Below, in pieces: positions 53,700 through 64,000 of a DNA stretch of 64,000 nucleotides. How positions within the stretch are numbered: position 1 is the stretch's first letter; the number at the start of each line of letters is the position of its first letter. The stretch comes from Octopus sinensis. Its lineage: Eukaryota. Both the position numbers and the translations under genes were made by a program. The notes under the pieces are model-generated. The model was not told the origin of the DNA. It was given only the letters and a program-made list of their open reading frames with translations, and did not search any database. The DNA is taken from the NCBI RefSeq assembly GCF_006345805.1, contig NC_042997.1, forward strand, positions 141,608,001 to 141,672,000. The letters run 5' to 3'.

Positions 53700-55454
53700 A
53701 TGCGATCAATCATGATCTTTCATAAATTGATTGGGCCTTCACGCACGCCTTCCAACATAAACACAGCATGGCAGACATTTGTAAATACTGTTACAATATA
53801 TGCGCAAAACATACTCCATTAAGATCAGTATACAAATCTAAGTGCAGAATCCGTAGAAATAGAAGAGCAATTATCAGTAAAATGAAAAGAATTCACAAGA
53901 AAATCAACCATCTTAAATACTGCCAGCAGCAACGCACCCATTCAACTGCCATTGTATCACTCGAATCGAAAAAATACGACCTCGAAAAAATACATCGAAA
54001 AAATGCGTGATGACCATCATTAACAGTCAAAGAGCAGCTGAGGAGAGTCAGGCCATTGAGAAAATAAAGCTCTATCTCAAAATGTTCTTTTCATTTGCAA
54101 AAAAAACATAAAGATGCTGTTTCCACTGTTGGTCCTCTGGTTGATGAGAACAACAATCTACATGATGATGCAAAATCCATGTACGAGATACTGCAGAGAC
54201 ATTACTGTTCTGTTTTCAGTAGCGCGAATGTGGTTGATCTGGCTAGTATCAGTGCTGTAAACTCCCAACTAACCATATCTGACATAACTTTTGGTGCTCC
54301 TGATATCCTAAGAGAAATAGATATAAGATAAAGTTCCTGGCCACTGTTCTGAAGATGTGTCGACATCAAATTGCACCCCCTCTAGCTGAGTTCTGAAGAA
54401 ACTCACTTGATGCAGGCTACATTCCTGATCATTTTCTTTCCCAGTCTGTCGTTCCAATCTTCAAAAATGGAAACAAATCTCTTGCAGTGAACTACCGTCC
54501 GATTTCACTCACTTTTCATATCATTTAAGTATTTCAGAGGGTGGGGAGATCGCGAATAACTTACTACCTCGAAGATAACAATCTGCTAAACCCCACCCAG
54601 CATGGTTTCCATGGAGGCAGGGACTGCTTGTTGCCTCTTCTACACTATTTTGATGACATCTTAAAAGCACTGGGAGAGGGCTCCAACACTGACATCATAT
54701 ACCTTGATTTCAGTAAGGCATTTGACAGAGTGGACCACAAAATCCTGCTGAAGAAACTGTCCAACATTGGAGTCCGTGGAAAGCTGCTGCAGTGGATAAA
54801 GTGTTTCCCGACAAACAGAGCCCAACATGTTGTGTTTGAGGGAATACTATCCAGCTCAGCCAAAGTCAGTAGTGGTGTCCAACAAGGTACTGTGTTGGGC
54901 CCACTCCTCTTCATTATTTACATCAACGACATAATAGATGTCATCAAACAATCTACATTGCAAATCTTTGCAGATGATTCCAAACTCAAGAAAGCCATAA
55001 ACGGCATGGGAGACCGAACATACCTTCAGTCAGATCTGTTTGCTATTGTCTTATGGGCGGAAAAAAACAATATGCTTTTAAATGAAGATAAGTTTGATTT
55101 GATCCACTTTAGAAAAGAAGAAGAAACTCTGAAATTACCATATGCTCTTCCCTAGTGTCATCCAACAACACCAGAGACCTTGGAGTAATTGTTGATAACA
55201 ATCTAAGCTGGAGTTCCCACGTAAAGAGCAAAGTTGACTTGGCCCGCAAGATGTGCTCCTGGATGATGCCTACACCATCATCCTTCTCTACTTTACTTTT
55301 GCCCGACCCCACCTTGAATACTGTTGCCCACTGTGGTCCCCCCCACCACCATACGAAGCAACTCATTATTAAAGTAGACGCACTCTAGAGGTCAATAACA
55401 AGAAAGATAGACGGCATGAGAGGCATTGATTATTGGGGTCGACTAAAAAACTCG

Positions 55455-55455
<1 letters not shown>
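53700..55455 (+). mobile_element. CR1-type LINE ORF2 fragment (RT), copy 1
   Basis: VNYRPISLT..QHGF..YLDFSKAFDRVDH..SGVQQGTVLGPLLFIIYIND..IFADDSKL; stops and deletions on both sides; 3' end cut by a SINE-B. Confidence 0.92.
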
Positions 55456-56055
<600 letters not shown>

Positions 56056-56093
56056 TGTGTGTGTTGTGTGTGTGTGTGTGTGTGTATTACATA

Positions 56094-57842
56094 TGCGATC
56101 AATCATGATCTTTCATAAATTGATTGGGCCTTCACGCACGCCTTCCAACATAAACACAGCATGGCAGACATTTGTAAATACTGTTACAAATATATGCGCA
56201 AAACATACTCCATTAAGATCAGTATACAAATCTAAGTGCAGAATCCGTAGAAATAGAAGAGCAATTATCAGTAAAATGAAAAGAATCACAAGAAAATCAA
56301 CCATCTTAAATACTGCCAGCAGCAACGCACCCATTCAACTGCCATTGTATCACTCGAATCGAAAAAATACGACCTCGAAAAAATACATCGAAAAAATGCG
56401 TGATGACCATCATTAACAGTCAAAGAGCAGCTGAGGAGAGTCAGGCCATTGAGAAAATAAAGCTCTATCTCAAAATGTTCTTTTCATTTGCAAAAAAAAC
56501 ATAAAGATGCTGTTTCCACTGTTGGTCCTCTGGTTGATGAGAACAACAATCTACATGATGATGCAAAATCCATGTACGAGATACTGCAGAGACATTACTG
56601 TTCTGTTTTCAGTAGCGCGAATGTGGTTGATCTGGCTAGTATCAGTGCTGTAAACTCCCAACTAACCATATCTGACATAACTTTTGGTGCTCCTGATATC
56701 CTAAGAGAAATAGATATAAGATAAAGTTCCTGGCCACTGTTCTGAAGATGTGTCGACATCAAATTGCACCCCCTCTAGCTGAGTTCTGAAGAAACTCACT
56801 TGATGCAGGCTACATTCCTGATCATTTTCTTTCCCAGTCTGTCGTTCCAATCTTCAAAAATGGAAACAAATCTCTTGCAGTGAACTACCGTCCGATTTCA
56901 CTCACTTTTCATATCATTTAAGTATTTCAGAGGGTGGGGAGATCGCGAATAACTTACTACCTCGAAGATAACAATCTGCTAAACCCCACCCAGCATGGTT
57001 TCCATGGAGGCAGGGACTGCTTGTTGCCTCTTCTACACTATTTTGATGACATCTTAAAAGCACTGGGAGAGGGCTCCAACACTGACATCATATACCTTGA
57101 TTTCAGTAAGGCATTTGACAGAGTGGACCACAAAATCCTGCTGAAGAAACTGTCCAACATTGGAGTCCGTGGAAAGCTGCTGCAGTGGATAAAGTGTTTC
57201 CCGACAACAGAGCCCAACATGTTGTGTTTGAGGGAATACTATCCAGCTCAGCCAAAGTCAGTAGTGGTGTCCAACAAGGTACTGTGTTGGGCCCACTCCT
57301 CTTCATTATTTACATCAACGACATAATAGATGTCATCAAACAATCTACATTGCAAATCTTTGCAGATGATTCCAAACTCAAGAAAGCCATAAACGGCATG
57401 GGAGACCGAACATACCTTCAGTCAGATCTGTTTGCTATTGTCTTATGGGCGGAAAAAAACAATATGCTTTTAAATGAAGATAAGTTTGATTTGATCCACT
57501 TTAGAAAAGAAGAAACTCTGAAATTACCATATGCTCTTCCCTAGTGTCATCCAACAACACCAGAGACCTTGGAGTAATTGTTGATAACAATCTAAGCTGG
57601 AGTTCCCACGTAAAGAGCAAAGTTGACTTGGCCCGCAAGATGTGCTCCTGGATGATGCCTACACCATCATCCTTCTCTACTTTACTTTTGCCCGACCCCA
57701 CCTTGAATACTGTTGCCCACTGTGGTCCCCCCCACCACCATACGAAGCAACTCATTATTAAAGTAGACGCACTCTAGAGGTCAATAACAAGAAAGATAGA
57801 CGGCATGAGAGGCATTGATTATTGGGGTCGACTAAAAAACTC
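56094..57842 (+). mobile_element. CR1-type LINE ORF2 fragment, copy 2 of the tandem duplication
   Basis: Offset 2393 bp from copy 1 and nearly identical, with an extra 1-nt frameshift at ~57205. Confidence 0.92.
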
Positions 57843-58153
57843 GCCTTTAGTCGAGCAAAGCGACCCCAGGACTTATTCTTTGTAAGCCTAGTACTTATTC
57901 TATGGGCTTCTTTTGCCGAACCACTAAGTAAAGGGGACATAAGCACACCAACATTGGTTGTCAAGAGATGTTGGGGGGACAAACACAGACACACAAACAT
58001 ACACGCACACACATATATACGACAGGCTTCTTTCAGTTCCGTCTACCAAATTCACTCACAAGACTTTGGTCAGCCCTAGGCTGTAGTAGAAGGCACTTAC
58101 CATCTTACCATGTGCTTGGTAAACAAGCTACTTACCACACAGACAATCCTGCG

Positions 58154-58241
<88 letters not shown>

Positions 58242-58440
58242 ATATATACATATACATATACACACATACATATACGGGCGCAGGAGTGATTGTGTGGTAG
58301 CTAGCTTGCTTACTAACTTACCAACCATATGGTTCCGGGTTCAGTCCCACTGAGTGATATCTTACGCAAGTGTCTTCTACTATAGCCACGGGTCGACCAA
58401 AGCCTTTTAGTGGACTCGGTAGACGAAAACTGAAAGAAGC

Positions 58441-58442
<2 letters not shown>
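57842..58442. mobile_element. Head-to-head SINE-B pair (duplicate of 55455-56055)
   Basis: Nearly identical to the first pair. Confidence 0.85.
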
Positions 58443-58477
<35 letters not shown>

Positions 58478-58785
58478 CGTATATGTGTTATTTATACGTA
58501 CAGAAAAAAAAGGAATTATAAAGAGAATATGGGAAAGAAAAACCGAATAATAGATATGGGAGCGGATAGTTGGGCTTGAGTTTAGAAACAAAAACAGGTG
58601 CTCACACACACACACACATAATTCTTTTTGGGAATGTTCCATCATGATGTGAATAAGCTATAAAAGTGTAAATATTGATATCTGATGTGATGAACGCGTT
58701 TTTAGCATCCACGAAATTTTGATTCATATGGAGCCGCGTAAAACTGTTATCAAAAATATCTGTAACTCCTACCAAGTGAAAGCGG

Positions 58786-58879
<94 letters not shown>

Positions 58880-58880
<1 letters not shown>

Positions 58881-59173
58881 CTTTCTTTATTGGCCACACA
58901 GGGCTGGACACAGAGGGGACAATTACAAATGTAGAGCTTTTCTTTTCGGAGGTGGAAAAGGAAAAAGAAGAAAAAAAGGAAACAAATGTAAAATTTCGAT
59001 CATAGGGGATCGGAGGTAAAAAAAGCGATCAAAAGTGATCGTGTATCACAGAAAGAAAAAATTTTTTTTTCAAAGTAACAAACAAGATTAGGTTCAACCG
59101 TGGAAAGAAAAGCCTACAGAAAAGACCACGGTAACCTCAGGCAGGGAGGAAAAAAAACACATGAGTGCAAAGT

Positions 59174-59216
<43 letters not shown>

Positions 59217-59303
59217 GATTTACAGGATCATGCTCAAAGTGGTTTCGTCACTCGCACGCACCATCTTTGGTACATTCACCCACCTTTTTTTGAAACTTTC
59301 ACG

Positions 59304-59304
<1 letters not shown>
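58880..59304 (-). mobile_element. 3' end of a LINE-like element (L1/Tx1-like, tentative) embedded in (GATA)n, copy 1
   Basis: Minus strand: short ORF end RESFKKRWVNVPKMVRASDETTLSMIL*, ~330 bp of UTR, AATAAA just before the end, and (GATA)n on both sides. Confidence 0.45.
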
Positions 59305-59400
<96 letters not shown>

Positions 59401-59401
<1 letters not shown>

Positions 59402-59688
59402 CTTTCTTTATTGGCCACACAGGGCTGGACACAGAGGGGACAATTACAAATGTAGAGCTTTTCTTTTCGGAGGTGGAAAAGGAAAAAGAAGAAAAAAAGG
59501 AAACAAATGTAAAATTTCGATCAAAAGGGATCGGAAGTAAAAAAAGCGATCAAAAGGGATCGTGTATCACAGAAAGAAAAAATTTTTTTTTCAAGTAACA
59601 AACAAGATTAGGTTCAACCGTGGAAAGAAAAGCCTACAGAAAAGACCACGGTAACCTCAGGCAGGGAGGAAAAAAAACACATGAGAGT

Positions 59689-59727
<39 letters not shown>

Positions 59728-59816
59728 ACGATTTACAGGATCATGCTCAAAGTGGTTTCGTCACTCGCACGCACCATCTTTGGTACATTCACCCACCTTT
59801 TTTTGAAACTTTCACG

Positions 59817-59817
<1 letters not shown>
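59401..59817 (-). mobile_element. Same LINE-like 3' end, copy 2 (521-bp period)
   Basis: Same endpoints, with several substitutions and small indels relative to copy 1. Confidence 0.45.
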
Positions 59818-59907
<90 letters not shown>

Positions 59908-59954
59908 CATACACATGCATATATGCATATATATCTGTGTAGGTGTGTGTGTAT

Positions 59955-60077
59955 AACTGCTTTGGTCGGCCCATGGCTATAGTAGAAGACACTTGCCCAA
60001 GGTGCCACTGAACCCGGAACGATGTGGTTGGTAAGTTGGTAAGCAAGCTAGTTACCACACAACCACTCCTGCGCCCG
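59955..60077 (-). mobile_element. SINE family B, 5' fragment
   Basis: Head plus GGCACCTTGGGCAAGTGTCTTCTACTATAGCC core. Confidence 0.8.
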
Positions 60078-60818
60078 CATATGTATGTGTATATATATAT
60101 ATATATATATATACATAAACAGACGTATACAGAAACATATGTGCGCACCTCAATTCCGATTAATGCTATCGCTTGACCATGAGTAGCATGGATGTGACTT
60201 TTCAGTCTTACTTGACTCTTCAGTCTTTTGTACAGATATGATAACGAAGAGTGCCTCTTGCAGCAGGTGTTCAGAGAGCTTACTACACATCCTGACACAC
60301 GCCTTCGTTCCATCATGAAATTTTTCATTGGGTGCTTTGCCTTTTGCAGTTATGACCAGCTTTAGAGTGCAATACATAATAGAAATGTTTAGAGAAATGT
60401 TTAAAATCAAGTGCTGCCTGTGCCGGAGGTTTTATTTTAAATTAGGAAAGACGTGTACGGGAACAATCTCACTCTCTAAACGATGTATGTTTTTGCCCAA
60501 AAAGAAGACGTTTTTTACATCATTGCTTGCAAACGAATTCGAAGGTGTTTCATCAGAGTTTTCCTTCTCCTAGTGAAATATATAAACAAAGACTAGGGCT
60601 CCTTCACTCTCAACTGGACATCCGTTGATATTATTCAGTTTGTACACCCTTTGATGGGTCTTGTTTCTTTTTTCCAGCAAAATGTGCACCAAGAACCACC
60701 CTTCTTACCAAGCAAGCTTGATAGTGTTGCCGGCTGAGCCGCCAACGCCCATCCAAGCAGTAGGTTGTAATATAACATACATTCAAACATACATACACAC
60801 AAACACACACAAACACAC

Positions 60819-60929
<111 letters not shown>

Positions 60930-60931
60930 TA

Positions 60932-61145
60932 CAGTAATACCTCGACTATAGCGAGTGTTAGGTTTGATACCCATGCGATAGGTGAAAATCCGTGAAGTAG
61001 AAACAGTACTGTATTTTTTGATTTTTTTGATTTTTATAATTCTTATATATCTATTTTATTATAAATGCAAAACAACACCACGGAGAAATCGACGTGATCT
61101 TAAATAAAAAACGCGATAGGTGAACCGCGATACGGGATTACAGTG
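60932..61145. mobile_element. Tigger/pogo-like MITE
   Basis: TA|CAGTAATACCTCGACTATAGCG on the left; CGCGATACGGGATTACAGTG|TA on the right (imperfect TIR, TA TSD). Confidence 0.6.
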
Positions 61146-61743
61146 TATGTTTTTGTTGATGTGTGTGCGTGTGTGTGTGTGTGTAAATGGGTTTAAAAGC
61201 TCATTACAGCTGCTACACTCATACAAGTATATATATACACAAACACACATACGTATATATATAGAACCAATGAACATCGGTTAAATTGATTAGAATTGAA
61301 TCTTCTTTCCGTTTCCTAAAAAATCTTATTGCCAATAATGAAATATGTTTTTTAAGTTTAAATAATTTTAATTTATTTATTTTGTAAACTTTCATTTATT
61401 ATTTTTTTCTTTCCATTCATAATTTTATTTTGATGGACATATCCTTTCCATCTCAATCTCAACATTTCCATCTTGGAAACTAATAGCCTTTCTCGAACGT
61501 ATCGCTTCTAAATTTAAGTTGCGACTTTTTTAAAAAACCATTGAAACTTAATATTCTACTTCATTTCCGAATTATAGTTAAATGGAAGTTTCTACAAAAA
61601 TGATGTCGAAGACAATTAGGTTATCAATCGTTTCACTATACCTAGTTGTGAGACTTTGCGTATGCGGAATCAATTCTCCACGAAATGGGTTTCTTTTTCC
61701 CCTCTTTTGTAGATTTGTGACATATCTTATTTCTATTTTTTTA

Positions 61744-62153
61744 ATTTCTTTATTGCCCACAAGGGGCTAAACATAGAGGGGACAAACAAGGACAGACAAA
61801 CGGATTAAGTCGATTACATCGACCCCAGTGCGTAACTGGTACTTAATTTATCGACCCCGAAAGGATGAAAGGCAAAGTCGACCTCGGCAGAATTTGAACT
61901 CGGAACGTAGCAGCAGACAAAATACCTATTTCTTTACTAACCACAAGGGGCTAAACACAGGGGACAAACAAAGACAGACAAACGGATTAAGTCGATTACA
62001 TCGACCCCAGTGCGTAACAGGTACTTAATTTATCGACCCCGAAAGGATGAAAGGCAAAGTCGACCACGGCGGAATTTGAACTCAGAACGTAACGGCAGAC
62101 GAAATACCGCTAAGCATTTCGCCCGGCGTGCTAAAGTTTCTGCCAGCTCGCCA
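61744..62153 (-). mobile_element. SINE family A, dimer with a young-looking sequence
   Basis: Two bodies, each ending in the GTCCCC..GCCCCTTGTGG..AAAGAAAT tail. Confidence 0.92.
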
Positions 62154-63825
62154 CAAGTACACAACTGATAGTTCCTAATGTACTAGTGAATTACTGTACT
62201 ATTAAGTTGATTAGGTATTCAGCAGATCTATTAAGTACTATTAAGTTGATTAGGTATTCGCAAACGTGGGGCTATGTCGAGGGGAAATATTTAATTCTCA
62301 GCACCTTATATCAGCATGCCGCTGTTTATGTGCGTGTGTATGTGTGCGTGTGCGCGCGCGCGTGAGTGCGTGTGGGGAATGTAGTGAAAGAAAATAGAGA
62401 TTGAATAATCCAGGCGAATACATTAGTTATGCCTCTATACAGGAAGTCCATTAAGGAGTATAATAATCCATATCGGTCATTTATACCATGTGACAGGTGC
62501 AAACTGTAAATCCATAGTTATTCTATAACTGATAGGTTGATATATTAATCACTGTGTATGACGGTAATGAAAAACAGAATGAAGAATTATATTCATATAA
62601 TACTTCCTGTACTTATTTCATGGAAATCATTGAACCGTACTCACATCATACCATACTCTGCATGCTTAATCGATCAATTATTTGATGAATTGATTAAGTA
62701 TTCTCATCAAGGGTTAAAAGTATCTGTTGAATTTTTAGAAAAGTCACCAGCATGTGTAAGTGGGCAGCTGTTAGAAGACATTCAAATTTTCTCACATTAT
62801 TTATCTCTACGCTGGGTTCACATTCTTGGGAGATATTGGTGTTAACCAACTTGGAGAAGTTAAGTCTGTGAGATTTATTATCCTCTATTTTTCTCTAGAC
62901 ATTGGTTATTATAGGACGCTTGGGAATCATAGGGTTCTCACAGTTAACCATTTCATTAGGCCTATAACTATAAGAGTTACCATTTATTGTATTAGTGTTA
63001 ATGATATTCCCTTTAAGAGACAATGAGATACTGTCACCTTCTTCATCCTAAGTAGATATCTTTTTCATCCTCAGGTGCAACATAAAATGCTTGAGTTATG
63101 TCGTCATTTGATATAAGATGGAGTCGACGTAGTCTAGACACAATGAAGACAACACATATTCTATTTATTATTAGAATAAAATATTGTCATCTCATGTTTA
63201 GCAGTATTCAGTTTGGATAATGCCTTCATATAAGTCTGATATTTCAGAGAAACTCGTAAAATTTGCAATGTGGTAATAAGGAGACATCCAGTCGTTGGAG
63301 AGATTGGTAGTCGATATGACACTGAGTGGTCATCGGAGAGGGCATCGAGCAAGACAGAAATGGGTCCTCAACGATAATTTGTATCGTTCTCACAGTCCTC
63401 AGCAACACCTAGTAAGATACTGAGTCAATATTGTACCAAATCGGGATAACTATAGTATGTCAGGATATTTTTAGGCATGCATTGAAAAAAAGTTGACGAA
63501 GATTTAACATTGTGACCTCTGTGTTGATATTTTCTGTGCTGTGAATATAAAAGGCTGTGGAGTCGCCAATCTTTTTCATAGCATTGATTGTATAAGTTTT
63601 CTGCTGTTCCTGTTTAAGAAGTAAAAATGTCGTTGAAGTCGTTAAATGCAATGATATCCACTGATTAGAATTTTTGATTCGTTTCATATATCTTGCATAA
63701 GTGAGACGGTCCTTGTTTTTAAGTAACTTAGCGTATTCATACGTTTTTATAATGCATTTTTGTATGTATGATTGGGCCCCGGTAATTATAAAGAAAACAA
63801 TTATTGTTGTTGGTTTTGTTGCGAA

Positions 63826-64000
63826 AAGGTAGGCGAACTATTGAATTGCTAGCACACCGGACAAAATGTTAAGCAGTATTTTTTCCGACTTTACATTCTG
63901 AGTTCAAATTCCTCCAAGGTCGGCGCTTTCCTTCATCCACTCGGGGTCGATGAAATAAGTACTACTTGAGGTACTTATTTTATCGATGTAATCGACTTGC
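63826..64000 (+). mobile_element. SINE family A, diverged, runs off the window
   Basis: GAGTTCAAATTCC..TCCACTCGGGGTCGATGAAATAAGTAC. Confidence 0.75.

Noticed and set aside
60190-60230. Minus-strand CTGAAGA-GTC(AAGTAA)GAC-T-GAAA hammerhead look-alike
   Set aside because: No stem I, wrong register, and it is explained by a 14-bp direct repeat AGACTGAA(G/A)AGTCA.
62480-63720. Possible ancient retroelement (PLE-like) on the minus strand
   Set aside because: Only scattered weak motif echoes (RLPISPTTG, LRQLFFNAC) that are not in a consistent order; cannot be supported without a profile search.

Overview
AT-rich, microsatellite-saturated animal genomic DNA. The SINE families and simple-repeat load point to a cephalopod, probably Octopus; this is inference from recalled repeat sequences, not a database result. 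I found no host protein-coding exon, rRNA, true tRNA gene or CRISPR array that I can support, and most long ORFs in the track are translated microsatellites. The window is an intronic or intergenic transposon graveyard. It holds three tRNA-headed SINE families (A, B, C here; about 25 copies, some nested or dimeric), a full-length but disrupted DD34D mariner (36321-37611), two tandem non-autonomous Helitrons, several MITEs, Penelope-like (PLE) remnants, R4/Dong-type REL-endonuclease LINE remnants, a decayed Ty3/Gypsy pol, and a CR1-type RT fragment inside a near-identical 2.39-kb tandem duplication. Best leads: (1) four copies of a hammerhead-ribozyme-like motif, all with the same non-canonical core (CUGUCGA). 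One lies at the 3' end of a GIY-YIG Penelope remnant and two form a 473-bp tandem, retrozyme-like unit. Two further independent minimal hammerhead fossils lie at 39203 and 31884. (2) A ~41-bp 3' tail shared by SINE-A and a LINE-like element sitting in (GATA)n, suggesting a SINE-LINE partner pair. (3) A perfect 87-bp inverted repeat at 11479-11682. (4) A MITE carrying TTAGGG repeats. Boundaries of degenerate elements are approximate; all alignments were done by eye.
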